Notes: generated by a model not told the origin, from the letters alone. 63,391 nt of DNA, filler included, from Chiloscyllium plagiosum (GCF_004010195.1; 5 parts of one record of this genome joined end to end with filler, not necessarily neighbours in it), one strand, 5' to 3'; positions 13,570 through 26,934 are shown, counted from the whole stretch's first letter. Translations and numbers: made by a program.

Positions 13570-14749
13570 CTACAGGAGACAGAGAAATCGACAGAATGGG
13601 AAATTAAACTGATGTAGTGAGGGCTACACACTTCGAATGGCACTGAGTACCACAGAAATCTGCAAAATCCCAGTTTCCATCCCTGGCCTGTGATGCCTTA
13701 TCTCGCTGAAGTGGAGAATTCTGTTGGCTCAGAATCTGTGTAGCTGCAAGAGCGAGAGGCACTGACACAGGCAGCAATTAGACTCTCACAGTGAGGTATA
13801 CCACATGGAGAGATACTGAGTGATGTCACCAGAGTGCTGGAAGGTATCAGGCTCAAACAATTCTGTGGGAAGAAGAGGTTCTGTTTCATGATGCACTGGT
13901 ACCAGTGCTCGGGGACAAGCAGGTGAACTGATGACCAAGTGATATTATTGGTAGAGCACAGATTCAAGCCCTCAGCTAATATTCAGGGGAGGCTGGTTTG
14001 AATCCCACCATCTGAAATGTTGGAATTTGAAATCAATAATTTTAAACATAATAATTAATAATCCATAAATAATATGAAACCACTGCTGATGTACAAAAAA
14101 TCCAAACACCTGTCCTTTCGAGAAGGACATCTGCCATTCTCACGTGGTCTGCACGACATAACCACAGAGAAGTGTGTGCCTCTCAATTACCCTCTGAAAT
14201 GACAGAGCAAGCTGTGCAGTTCAAGGGCAGCTAGGGCTGGGCTAGAGCGCCTGGTCAGCCAGAGACACCCACATCCCCCGAGTGAATAAAAACAATCCCA
14301 TTGCACTGGGCCCCAATGGAACTGTGCTGAGACCAGTGTCCTAGCCACACATGTCGGTAGGTTTATGGACAGGGGTTTAGACTGACAGAGAGGATGCAGG
14401 GACTGGGTTCAGGTGAAAGGAGCTTTCCAAATCCAAAGGGAAAAGGTGATGCATCGGAACAGCATGGGGATGTGGCTGAAAGACAAGCATAAAGGAACAG
14501 GAAGGGACAGAGTTTAAGTAAAACTGTACATCAGCAAATCGGTTTGTGATAGGAGATTGTGGGAAAGAGTAAATCATGTTTTATTTTGAATTGACAAAGT
14601 CTCTGCAATAAGGTAGATGGATTTGTGACACAGATGAAAGAGCTTTAGGCACCAGGGAGACCCGGTTACAGAGCGAACAAAAGGTAGAACATAAATTTTC
14701 AATCGTTCAGAAATTCAGGCAAAATGGGCAACGCTAACAATAACGGATA

Positions 14750-15375
14750 ACAAAGGTATCACAGAGGAAGTATTTGGCCTCAGGTCATGAAGTAGAGTCA
14801 GTCTGAATGTAACTTCTGGCTACTACTTGCCAAGGACACAAGCAGCAGAACAGTTTTAGACCACCGAACAGCATTTCATTGCTCACCACTGCATTAAGCA
14901 GGAATTCGTTGGAATTTTTAACAAATACATTGTGATAATTTTGGGATATTTCAATATTCGCATAATCTGGGATTGTCACACTGACCCAAGAGTGATATTG
15001 GAAGAGGAGTTCAGAGAATGTTTTTCAGTTTCTTTTAATAACACATTGTGCAGCTGGCTGGGAATGTAACTATCTCTGATTGACCATTGTGCGATGAAAC
15101 TTAGTGAATGAGTAATGTCACCTGGAGAGATCCTCTGGGAAATTGTGATTAAGTGCAGTTTAAAGAAATAGAGAGTTTTCAAGTGAATCACAGAAAGGAC
15201 AAGCCACAACTAGAAAGAAAAATCACCGATTACATGAGTTTGAGGGGAGAACTGACAATGGTAAACAGGCTAAACAGACTGAAACATATGTCTGTAAATG
15301 AACAGTGGAAAACATTTGAAGGAACAGTGTAAATCACTCAACAAAAGGATATTCCGTTCAAACAGACAAAACCTC
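14750..15375 (+). mobile_element. Decayed LINE endonuclease fragment
   Basis: tttagaccaccgaacagc (xRPP), ttgggatatttcaat (GDFN-like), gaggagttcagagaatgt. Confidence 0.5.
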
Positions 15376-15929
15376 AGAAATAATTTCCCACCCCGCCCTC
15401 ACTTAGGACAAAATGGATCAAATTAGTTATCAGGCTGAGAAGATCACCGAACGTTCTTAAAAACCTGAAGTGAGAGTGTGTTTTACGAGTACGTTTTAAG
15501 GGGATTGCAAAGGGTCTGCGAGCAGGAGGAGGGCAGTGGGAAGGGGAATCATTGTCAGGGTTTATTGACACGATAGGAACAAGGGCAGCTGAAGGTGCTG
15601 GAGGTGGTGAGAGCATTACAAAGAGTGGTCAGGGCCTGAACGGTGTTACAAAGCCAGGACGAATTGCTGCAGCTGGAGCTGATGCAGAGGTAGGGAGGGA
15701 CATATGCATTTTTATTTATTCATTCATGGGATGTGGGTGTCACTGATTGGAACAGCATTCTTTGTCCCCACAGATAATCGCCCAGAGGATAGCTCAGACT
15801 CAGCCATATTGCTGTTGGTCTGGAGTCACATGTAGGCCAGACCAGGTTAGAATGTCAGATGTCCTTGCCTAAAGCAGGTAACTGAGCCAGATGAGTTCAT
15901 CCGATTGATCAATAATTATTTTTTGGTGA

Positions 15930-16606
15930 TCTCACCAATGTCTTGTACAACCAAACCTGACATCCCAACTCCTACTCTCAATGCTCTGCCCAATGAAGGT
16001 AACCATCCCAAACTCCTGCTTCACCAGCCTGTCTACCTGTGACACCACTTTCAAAGAACTGTGTACCTGCATCCCCGGGTCTCTGATTGACAATATTTTC
16101 AGGGCCCGAACGTTAACTGTACAAGTCCCACCCTGTTTTATTTCACCAAAATGGAACACTTCACCTTTATCTAATTAATTTCATCTGCTATTCTCCAGCT
16201 CATTTTCGCAGCAGTAGTGTCCATCCTGTTGTATCACAGATAACCTTATTCACTGTCCACTTTACCACCAATTTCAGTGTCACTCAAAAAACGTCCTTAT
16301 CAGGAAACCAATATTCCCTTCCAAACCATTTATCCAAACATGCATCCAGTTAGAAAAAACAACATGTCTCCCATCACCCGCTGTATCTTACCATCAAGCC
16401 AATTTTGTATCCAGTTGACTAGTATTTCCTGAATGCCATATCCTTTTGCATTGATCTGAGCTTATTATCCAGTTTACCACATGGAAGATAGAAGTCAGAA
16501 CAGTATAGCACAAGACCCTTCGGCTATGATGTCATGCTAACATTTTATGCAACTATAAGATCAAACTAACTACGTACCCTTCATTTTACTATCATCCATG
16601 TGCCTA
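15930..16606 (-). mobile_element. CR1-clade LINE fragments
   Basis: Minus ORF HFGEIKQG...QVHSSLKVVSQVDRLVK; second CR1 tail before the gap. Confidence 0.75.
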
Positions 16607-17106
16607 NNNNNNNNNNNNNNNNNNNNNNNNNNNNNNNNNNNNNNNNNNNNNNNNNNNNNNNNNNNNNNNNNNNNNNNNNNNNNNNNNNNNNNNNNNNNNN
16701 NNNNNNNNNNNNNNNNNNNNNNNNNNNNNNNNNNNNNNNNNNNNNNNNNNNNNNNNNNNNNNNNNNNNNNNNNNNNNNNNNNNNNNNNNNNNNNNNNNNN
16801 NNNNNNNNNNNNNNNNNNNNNNNNNNNNNNNNNNNNNNNNNNNNNNNNNNNNNNNNNNNNNNNNNNNNNNNNNNNNNNNNNNNNNNNNNNNNNNNNNNNN
16901 NNNNNNNNNNNNNNNNNNNNNNNNNNNNNNNNNNNNNNNNNNNNNNNNNNNNNNNNNNNNNNNNNNNNNNNNNNNNNNNNNNNNNNNNNNNNNNNNNNNN
17001 NNNNNNNNNNNNNNNNNNNNNNNNNNNNNNNNNNNNNNNNNNNNNNNNNNNNNNNNNNNNNNNNNNNNNNNNNNNNNNNNNNNNNNNNNNNNNNNNNNNN
17101 NNNNNN

Positions 17107-17430
17107 ACTGATTGATGCACCTAACACTACAGGTACTTTAGCATGGCCATTTCACCTAACCTGCACATCTTTGGACTGTGGGAAGGAACCGGAGCACCCG
17201 GAGGAAACCCACGCAGACACTGGGAGAACGTGCAAACTCCACACAGTCAGTCGCCTGAGGCGGGAACCTGCATATCTTTGGACTGTGGGAAGAAACCGGA
17301 GCACCCGGAGGAAACCTAAGCAGATACGGGGAGAATATGCACACTCCACACAGTTGCCCGAGTCTGGAATCGAACCTGGATCCCTGATACTGTGAGGCAA
17401 TGGTGTGCCAACCATTGAGCCACCGTGCTG
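17107..17430 (-). mobile_element. HE1-type V-SINE with an internal duplication
   Basis: ggaaaccggagcacccggaggaaacc core present twice; tRNA-like head at the right end. Confidence 0.85.
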
Positions 17431-17469
17431 GCTAACCCTTGAGGGACACCACATGCAATGAATTCAGAA

Positions 17470-17598
17470 AAGAAATCAGAGAGGGTATCACAGCTACAGA
17501 AGTTACCATTGTCGAGGACGGTCTGCCTACTGAGTCAGTATGGGTGGAAATTAGGAACAGTAAGGGAGCAGTCACCTCATTAGGGGTTTACTACAGGC

Positions 17599-17632
<34 letters not shown>

Positions 17633-19826
17633 CAGCAGCAGGGAGTTTGAAGAAAGCACAGGTCGGCAGATGTTGGTAAAGAGTGCATGTAATATGGTTG
17701 TTGTCATGGGTGACTCTAACTTTCTCAATATAGATTGGAACCTCCTTCGAGCAGATCGTTTTGTAAAGTGTGTTCATGAGGGTTTCCTAACTCAGCACAT
17801 TGAAGCGGCCGACGAGGGGAGAGGCCATTTTGATTTTGGTGCTCGGCAATGAGCTGGGGCAGGTGTCAGATCTTGCGGTGGGATGACATTTTGGTGATAG
17901 TGACCACAACTGCCTCACATTCTATATAGCCATGGAGAAGGGGAGAAGCAGACACAATGGGAGGATATTTAATTGGGGAAAAGGAAACTATGATACTATC
18001 AGACGTGAGTTGTGAACCATGGACTGGGAGCAATTATTCCATGGAAAGGCCACGACAGACATGTGGAGACGGTTTAAGGAAGAGTTGTTGCGAGTGATGC
18101 ATAAATGTGTTCCTCTGAAACAGGCAAGAAGGGGTAAAATAAAGGAACCTTGGATGTCGAGAGCGGAGGACCTTCTTTTTGAAAGAAAGAAGGCAGCTTA
18201 CGTAAGGTGGAGGAAGCAAGGGTCTTGCTCAGCTCTAGAGGATTACAGGCAGGCGAGGAAGTAGCTCAAAAATGGTCTGAGGAGAGCCAGGAGGGGGCAG
18301 AAAAAAGGCTTGGCAGGAAGGATTAGGGAGAATCCAAAGACATTTTACGTGTATGTGAAGAGTAAGACAATGATCAAAGAAAGAGTAGGGCCGCTCAGGG
18401 ATAGCATAGGGAACTTGTGTGTAGAGTCTGAGTAGGCAGGGGAACCCCCTAAATGAGTTTTTTTTGTTTCTGTCGTTACTAAAGAAAAGGACCTTGTAGT
18501 GAATGAAACCATTGAGGAGCAGGTAAGCATGCTGGAACAGATAGAGATTGAGGAAGCTGATGTGCTGAACATTGTGACAAACATTAAGATTGACAAGTCG
18601 TCAGGGCCAAACCAGGTTTGTCCTCGGCTGCTTTGGGAAGTGAGAAATGTGATTGCTTCGCTGCTTGTGAAGATCCTTACATCCTCGCTCTCCATTCGAG
18701 TCGCACCTGAGACTGGAGGGAGGCAAATATAATTCCTCTCTTCAAGAAAGGAAATAGGGAAATCCCTGGCAATTACAGACCAGACACTCTCACGTCTGTC
18801 ATCTGTAAGGAGTTAGAAAGGATGCTGAGGGGCAGAATTTATGACCATCTGGAAGAGCATGGCTTGATTAATGACTTGGATGCGGGGATTGAAGGAGGTG
18901 TCAGTAAGTTTGCAGACAACACAAAGGTTGGAGGTGTCGTTGACAGTATAGAGGGCTGTTGTAGGCTGCAGCGAGACATTGACAGGATGGAGAGATGGGC
19001 TGAGAGGTGGCAGATGGAGTTCAACCTGAATAAATGGAGGTGATGCATTTTGGAAGGTCAAATTTGAAAACTGAGCACAGGATTAACGACAGGATTCTTG
19101 GCAGTATGGAGGAACAGAGGGATCTTGATGTGCAGGTACATAGATCCCTTAAAATGGCTACCCAAGTGGACAGGGTTGTTAAGAAAGCATATGGTGTTAT
19201 GGCTTTCATTAACAGGGGGATTGTGTTTAAGAGCCGTGAGATCTTGATGCAGCTTTATAAAATTTTGGTTAGAACGCACTTGGAATACTGTGTCCAGTTC
19301 TCGTCGCCCTATTATAGGAAAGATGCGGATGCTTTGAAGAGGGTTCAGAGGAGATTTACCAGAATGCTGCCTGGAATGGAGGGCTTATCTAACAAAGAGA
19401 GATTGACTGAGCTCAGACTTCTTTCAGTGGAAAAAAGAAGGAAGACAGGGGACCTAATTGAGGTGTACAAGATAATGAGAGACATAGATAGGGTTGATGG
19501 CCAGACACTTTTTTTCCCAGGGCAGAAATTGTTAACACGAGAGGTCATTGTTTTAAGCTGTTTTGAGGAAAGTATAGAGGGGATGTCAGAGGTGGGTTCT
19601 TTAAGCAGAGAGTTGCGAGAGCATGGAATGCGTTGCAAGCAGCAGTTGTGGAAGCAAGGTCATTGGGGATATTTAAGTGACTGCTGGACATGCATATGGT
19701 CATAGAAATTTGCGGGTTCATACTTGAGGTTTACCTTACATGAGGATCGATGGTCGGCACAACATCAAGGGCTGATGGGCCTGTTCTGTGCTGTATTGTT
19801 CGATGTCCTATGTTCTATGTTCTATG
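17470..19826 (+). mobile_element. CR1/HER1-type LINE ORF2 (EN + RT, RT core deleted) with complete 3' tail
   Basis: TESVWVEIRN, GVYYR, MGDSNF, SKFADNTK, ORF 19034-19705 LYKILVRTHLEYCVQF; tail (ttctatg)n. Confidence 0.92.
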
Positions 19827-20149
19827 AAGTGTATCTGTACCTTTCGACCATCTGCACCCTGTACTGACAGATAGTGCTCCCTCAATACGTTAGAAACCAT
19901 CTCCTCAGTATGTTTATCCCCAAAGCACCTCGACAGAACATTCATGCCCTCAACACATCAGAAAGCAAACCTGTTGCCTCCTTGGACCGTGTTCATCCCC
20001 AAACCTGTTCTCACTGTGATAACCCACAGCAACCTCCAAGATTGGAGCCCAGGGCCCAGAACAGTATTTGAGTCTCTGGATTGATCATACAATCCCTAAG
20101 ATGTGGAAGCAGGTCATTTGGCCTATCAGGTTCACATTGACCCTCGGCA

Positions 20150-20340
20150 GAACAGCCCATCCACCCGCCCCCCACCATCTCTGGATACCTTCATTTCCTC
20201 TGACTAATCCACCGAGCCTGCACATCTTTGGACAGTGAGAGGGAACTGGAGCACTCGGAGGCAGACTCGGGGAGAATGTGCCAACTCCACACAGAGAGTC
20301 GCCCGAGGTTGGAATCGAAAACGGGTGGGGTGAGGCAACA
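20150..20340 (-). mobile_element. Old HE1/V-SINE fragment
   Basis: cctgcacatctttggacagtg...ggagcactcggagg...aactccacacag. Confidence 0.7.
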
Positions 20341-20494
20341 CTTATCCGGGGACAATGCCACCATCTCCTCCCCGTTGATGATCGTTTGATGTCTATACCC
20401 GGGGAGTATCGAACTTGTCTAGCGTTTATTTAAGAAAGATTAGGGAAAAGGGCAATGCCTCCACAACCTCAAGATGCTTGGTCCCCCTCGAAAA

Positions 20495-20570
20495 AACATT
20501 TATATCAATTTCAAAAAGATACTTTATTCACAAAAAAACTTTACGTACAAACATAGTCACTAAAGTTCGG
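20495..20570 (-). mobile_element. Possible L1/Tx1-like 3' terminus
   Basis: Minus strand tttttgtgaataaagtatctttttgaaa (AATAAA between T-rich runs). Confidence 0.3.
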
Positions 20571-21619
20571 TTCCGTAAAGTCTTTACAAGAAGTCTTTGC
20601 CATGACATATATACTCCCCTTGGCTGATTTACTGAAATGTTAGGTCTGAGCTGTTCCTTCTTATTAACATCACAAAGTTACATTGAGAAGGATCTTTGTG
20701 AAGTGCCTGTGTTCTGTATCTGTTCTCCCATGTACCCCGCCTTCCGAATACAATACCTTACAAAGCCTTAAACCTGTTTGTCAACTTTCAGCAGAAGCAG
20801 CCTCAGGGCATTGAACACAGACTGAATTACTCAGTGACGCTTGGATCAGGTCAAATTCTCAAGCAAACAGATGATGGGGGAATTCAGCAGAATTCAGCAA
20901 TTAGCAACGGTGAAGAGAGAGAGGAACAATTCGCATTTCAAGTGACCCTTCCTCAAAACGGTCTGTTCTGAAGGAACGTTCCCGCAGAAATCACTGGATT
21001 GAACTCTCTCTCTGTCTCTTTCTCCCTCCCCCTTCAGAGATGCTACCGGACATGCTTAGCTCCCTCAGCAATCTCTGTATTGATGTTTCAGGTCCGTGCA
21101 GATTGATTTTAGTGTTCAATTCTCAAGCTTGCTCTATTAAAGGGATTAAATCCCTCTGCTACAAAGGCGGGTCAGTTACCACAGCTAACAGGTTCGTGAT
21201 GCCAAAATTGTTGGCTCAATCTCTATCATGTCTGAAATTACCATGAAGGTCCCCGCTTCTCAACCTCGCCCCTCACCTGAGGTGTGTGACCCACCAGTCC
21301 TATCTCTGACAAGACAGCAGCTCTCGGGTCCTCCTGGTCTATATTAACCTCCCAACTTTAAAAAGGACACTCCAGTAAGAGAGTTCTTAAAATGGTTCAG
21401 GTCAAAATCCTGGAGCTCCCTCCCTAACATCACTGGGTGACACCCAAGGACTGCAGCAGGAGAGTACCGCTCACCCCACCTTCTAGGCAACTATTAGAGG
21501 GTGTGGGAATCACATACAAGCCACATGTGAAAATACGTTTTATAACAGGGTCACAGTGGATGGTCACTAACTCTGTTTCTTTACCTCTGTTCGAATCAGC
21601 GTAATGAAGAAGCTAAGGG

Positions 21620-21920
21620 TGGGTTGAAAATGACAATGATAGCATTTCGCATGTTGGTATTTATTCGAGTTTGTATCGACAGTATGAATGTTTGAGCACT
21701 TATTCAAGGGCATGCAGGTAGCTACTAGTGGAAGTGATGGGGCTGGTAGAGTTGTGACATTTAAAAGGCATCAGGATGAGTATGTGAATAGGAAGGGTTC
21801 AGAGGGATATCAGCCAAGTGCTAGCTAATGGAATGAAATGAGATGAGAATATCTGGTTGGTATGGACGAGTTGGACAGGAGGGTTCATTTCTAAGCTGTG
21901 CACCTCTGTGACTCTGTGCC
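21620..21920 (+). mobile_element. Old CR1 3' end
   Basis: acatttaaaaggcat...ggaagggttcagagggatat...ctctgtgactctgtg. Confidence 0.65.
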
Positions 21921-22044
21921 TCTGAATAGTCTATTACAGAGACTTTCAGACAGGGTTTGGTTTGTGTGTCTCTCTCATGCTTCCTCAGAATCTGCAAACC
22001 TTATGTTTCCAAATTTCCACAAGACTCTATGAAATAGAAAAAAA

Positions 22045-22865
22045 GAGGGTCAGTGCTGAGGGAGTGCAGCACTGTCAGAGGGTCAGTGCTGAGGGAGTAC
22101 TACACTGTCAGATGGTCAGTATTGAGGGAGTGCAAAACTGTCAGAGAGTCAGTACTGAGGGAGTCCTGCACTGTCAGAGGGTCAATACTGAGAGAGTGCT
22201 GCACTGTCAGAGGGTCAGTACTGAGGGAGTGCTGAACTGTCAGAGGGTCAGTACTGAGGGAGTGCCACACTGTCAGAGGGTTAGCACTGAGGGAGTGCAG
22301 TAATGTCAGAGGGTTAGTACTGTGGGAGGGCTGCACTGTCAGATGGTCAGTAATGTGGGAGTGCTACACTGTCAGAGGGACTGTAATGAGGGAGTGTTGC
22401 ACTGTCAGAGGGTCAGTACTGAGGGAATGCTGCACTGTCAGATGGTCAGGACTGAGGGAGTGCTGCACTGTCAGAGGGTCAGTACTGAGGGAATGCTGCA
22501 CTGTCAGAGTGTCAGTACTGAGGAGGTGCTGCACTGTGAGAGGGTCAGTACTGAGGGAGTGCCGCACTGTCAGAGAGTCAGTACTGAGGTAGCGCTGCAC
22601 TGTCAGTACAGAGAGAATGCTGCACTCTCAGAGGGTCAGTACTGAGAGAGTGCTGCACTGTCAGAGGGTCAGTACTGAGAGAGTGCTGCACTGTCACAGG
22701 GTCAGTTCTGAGGGAGTGCTGCACTGTCAGAGAGTCAGTACTGAGGGAGTGCTGCACTGTCAGAGAGTCAGTACTGAGTGAGCACCACACTGTCAGAGTT
22801 TCAGTCCAGACGGCAAGCCTCACTATCAGAGGATCTGCACTGAGAGAGCACTGCACCATCAGAGT
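22045..22865 (+). repeat. 33-bp minisatellite (gagggtcagtactgagggagtgctgcactgtca), ~25 copies
   Basis: Directly visible; generates the spurious 11-aa repeat CQRVSTEGVLH. Confidence 0.95.
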
Positions 22866-23249
22866 TTTCTTTTTTGTTTCGTTTTCTTCTATGTAGACAT
22901 AACTGAGGTATTTCGTCCACAGTTCTGCCTTATTCCGAACCTCAATTCTCTGGTATCAGACTGTAAGAAAGCTGCACCTTTTTTCCCCATAATTTTGTCA
23001 TTGGCAAATTTTCAGAAGATATTACAAGTTCATTCTTAAAACTCTTGTTGATATATTCTACAGAAACCCATCAATTCCTATCGTAAGATACTCAATGATT
23101 GACCTTCTACAGCCATACAAACACAGAAGCACAGACTTCGCACCATCAACAATACAGCACCATCTACATCAGCCCCACTTTCTGACACAAGACCAGAGCC
23201 GCGAATCTTATGGAATTTCAAGTTCACAGCCATGTATTTTCTAATGACT

Positions 23250-24700
23250 GTGAAGTTACAATAACAATTCTTTTCTCAGGAAGTGCATTCCTGACCCCAG
23301 CACCCTCTGAGTAAAACTAAATCCTCAATTCCTCTTCAAATCTCAAATCCTTCACATTAAAATGTGTTCCATTGTTCTTGGCCTTTGACTAAAAGGAATA
23401 GCTGCTATCTATCCACCCTGTCCATAACCCTCATAATCCTATCCTTCTGAATCTCTTCCAAACTAAACAACCCGACCTTATCCAGCATTTCTCCATAGCT
23501 AATATGCTCCATTCCAGCGAACATCCTGGTGAATCTCCTCTGAGCCCTCTCCACTACAATCACATCCTTCCTGTAATGTGGCTCCCAGAACTACAATCAA
23601 TATTCCATCTTGGCAAAACCAAATTTCCGCATAGCTCTTATAATCTATGCCTTGACGAATAAAGGTTATGTCTAAGGTCCCCTCTGCTTTCTCAAAATTG
23701 TGCACTAACCAGTTTAATCACAGCCAGGGATTTGTGGAGAAGCACCCTCTGAGCTTTCTCGTGTGATGCCATTCATTGAGTTCTCCCCTGTCCAGTTCCT
23801 TCTTCCAAAGTGCATTATTTCATATTTATCAGTGTTACATCCGATCTGACAGTGATCCACCCATTTGACTATTCCATCTGTATCTTCCTGTAACATAAGG
23901 CCTTCCTCCTCACTGCCAACCGCCCGGCAAATCTTTGTATCAAACACAAACTTAGTTGTCACACTACTGCCACCCCCGCCTATATTCACAGCTGCATCAT
24001 TTATGAATACCACAAATAATCAGGTTAAAGATGACACAACACCAGGTAATAGTCCAACAAGTTTATTCGGAGGCAGTAGCTTCGAAGAGCTGCTTCTTCA
24101 TGAGGTGGTTGTGCGCTTTGAAGGCCCGTGCCTCTGAATAAACCTGCTGGACTATAACCTGGTGTTATGTGACTTTTAAGTTTGTCTAGCCCAGTCCAAC
24201 ACCAACAGCTCCGTATCACAAATAACAAAGGACACAGCACTGATCGCTGTGATACACCATTGGACACCGGTCTCAGTCACACTAATAGCCTTCAACCACT
24301 ACGCTCTGTCTCCTAACAGTAAGTTGATTTGGATGCAACTTGGCAAGTCACGAATGACTCCTACCTGTTCTCTTGTTATTCTTTTCCACTTGACATACTT
24401 GCAGACTATCTGGGGATTCTCCCTAATCTTGCCTTACCAGCAGGTTTCTATGCCCCAGTTTTATGCAGCTCTCACCGAGTGAAGAATTTCGACATTATTG
24501 CGGTCTTAAATGGTTTGTCCCTTAAACTGCAATTATTTGCCTTGAATGTGGAACAGACAGAGAGGGAATCTTTCTGTTTATTTCCAACTTGGCGTATGTT
24601 TTCTGAATTTTCCAAGTTTGATTGTAATCCTCCTCTCATTCTTTGAAACTCTAGAGAACACAGGCCGAGTTTCCTCATCAGGCAATCTCGCCATCTGAGG
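23250..24700 (-). mobile_element. Decayed CR1-clade LINE fragments
   Basis: Minus ORFs KFVFDTKI...YEIMHFGRRN, GVSQRSVLCPLLF, LGLCSLEFQRMRG. Confidence 0.75.
24020..24216. mobile_element. Penelope-like fold-back fragment (family 2) with TSD cacaaataa
   Basis: acacaacaccaggtaatagtccaacaagtttattc ... gaataaacctgctggactataacctggtgttatgtg imperfect inverted arms; cacaaataa at 24011 and 24217. Confidence 0.6.
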
Positions 24701-25884
24701 GATTAATCTGGACAATGTCTATTGCACTTTTTTGTGGTTAGTATATTCTTTCTCAGATTGGGTCACCAACACTTTACACAATGGATGCAGGTTTGCACAC
24801 TACATTTCCAGACATTTTGCCATCTTACTAGGTAACATTTCAGTGGACCTCATGCGAAACAATGCTTAAAATTCCTGTTTTCCATTTATATGCTTAGGTT
24901 TCTTTGTGTTGGTGATGTAGATTCCTGTGGTGATGCTATTGCCTGTGGCAAAGTCATTTCCTGTTCCTTTTCTCAGAGAGAGGTTGATGGGGTCTAAAAA
25001 CTAATAGCACATTGAGTTAGACATCTGTCAAAAATACATATAGATTTTCTCCATTGTTGCTGTTAATTCCTAAATATCCAATATCACGTGCTGTATAATA
25101 GATTCCAACAGATCTCTGCAGATGTCAAGTTAATTGTTCGGCAGTTCTCCAAACTATGTCTTCTTCCCTTTGCAGATGCTTGGATTCCTTCCATTAATCT
25201 ATAGTGCTTGGATCACATTTGCTAACTTCCATTTATGCACAATGGCTTCCAGCCTCTGCACAAGGCACATGAAAATAAAACACAGTCATCGACAGTGCAA
25301 TTAATATTTCTATTGCCAATTTATGTCTGACATTTTAATATGAAGTACATCAAGTTTGTCAGACTTAGCAATGCTCAATCCAGTTACATTCTCAAATACT
25401 ACCTTGTTACTGATATAAGTTGACTTTATGTCTTCAGTTCCACAAGCCCTACATGATCACTGGGAATTACTGGGCGATTTTGTGGTTCTTCCTCCATGAA
25501 AACAGATGCAAAGTAACTGATTATTTTCTTGACCATTTCCCTGTTCTTCACAATAAACTCTCCTCTCCCGATTTCCAATGTTTGCCTTGCTTTTGCTTTG
25601 TTTCCTTTGAAATACAGATTGCAGATTATGCAGTGTTTTTGTTCCTGTTTGTTAGCATTCATGTTCTCTTTTTGATTTCCTTCTCAATTCCATGGTCCTT
25701 GTTTCAGGATCGTGAATTTCTGAGAATTCTCAGGTTTCCAAAATGACTGAAATTCTTCTGAAGCCACTTCCTATGATTAATACGTTTTCTAATTTGATAT
25801 ATTAAACAGCATTGTGTCCCTTTCCCATTCTTTGGTGTTTGTACCTGAAATAAATAGACGTATTTTTCAGACTTTGCAGTATTT

Positions 25885-26834
25885 CTATAAATCTCCTGGT
25901 CCTGACCAGATATATTCCGAATACTGCAGGAGTACAGAGATGGAATTGCGGGAGCCCTGGCTGATATTTTTGAATCATCGCTTGCCAACGGGTGAGGTCC
26001 CGGAGGTCTGTAGGGGTGCGAGTGCTGTGCCCTTACTCAAGAAGGGCTACGAAGAAAAAACTTGCGAACTATGGACCACTAAACCTAAAATCTGTAGCAG
26101 GTAACTTACTTGCAAATGTTCTGAGAGATAAGATGTACGTGCATTTGGAAAGACAGTGTGTGATTCGGAGCAAAATTAGAGTGATGCTAGAAACGCACAG
26201 CAGAGCAAGCAACATCTGAGGATCAGGAAAATCAACGTTTCGGGCGAAAGCCTATCATCAAAGTAAGCACGGCTTTGTGCATCGAAGAGAATAGTTCACA
26301 AACTTGTTCGAGTTCTTTGACGAAGTGACCAGCACCGTTGAGGAGGTCAGAGTGGTATGCGTAGTCTATATGGATTCAAGTAAGACATTCAATTAGGTTG
26401 CACATGGTGCGCTGCTCTGGAAGATTAGGTTGCATGAAATTCAGGAGGACCTGCCAAATTATATACAAAATTGGCTTGATGGTAGGAAGCAAAGAGTAAC
26501 AGTTGAAGGATGCTTGTCAGACTGGAGGCCTGGGACTAATGAAATGCGTCGGGGCGAGGCTGGCAGCGCTATATATTACATATATCTATAATTTAGATGA
26601 GGATGTACATGCATGATTTGTAAATTTGAAGGTGACAATAAAATAGGCGGTTACATGGAGAATGACAAAGGTTATCAGAAATTTCAGAACTTACAGCAGT
26701 ACCTTGATCAGCTGGAGAAGTGGGCCGAGAAATGGTAAATGGATTTTAATGCAGATCAGTGTAAGTTCTTGCATTTTAGAAACTCAAATCAATATCGGAG
26801 TTTTATGGTGAATGGCTGGGTCTTAAGGAATGTA
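25885..26834 (+). mobile_element. CR1-clade LINE RT fragment, with a Penelope-like piece at ~26170-26262
   Basis: KSPGPDQIY, NYGPLNLKSVAG, LRDKMYVHLERQ; insert aacgtttcgggcgaaagcctatcatca. Confidence 0.75.
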
Positions 26835-26934
26835 NNNNNNNNNNNNNNNNNNNNNNNNNNNNNNNNNNNNNNNNNNNNTTAATTAATTAANNNNNNNNNN
26901 NNNNNNNNNNNNNNNNNNNNNNNNNNNNNNNNNN
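26835..26934. other. Artificial contig-join spacer (44 N + TTAATTAATTAA + 44 N)
   Basis: Identical layout at 42909-43008, 49226-49325 and 54841-54940. Confidence 0.9.

Noticed and set aside
17599..17630. Polyproline-coding or G-quadruplex poly-C tract (also poly-G at ~61425-61441)
   Set aside because: Homopolymer expansion of the LINE YRPP codons; length is unreliable in assemblies.
19034..19705. 223-aa ORF (and the 207-aa ORF at 8656-9279) as host genes
   Set aside because: CR1 ORF2 fragments flanked by frameshifted and stop-containing LINE sequence.
21962..22859. Cys/His 11-aa repeat protein (CQRVSTEGVLH), zinc-finger-like
   Set aside because: Translation of a 33-bp minisatellite; open in several frames and both strands, with stops and indels.
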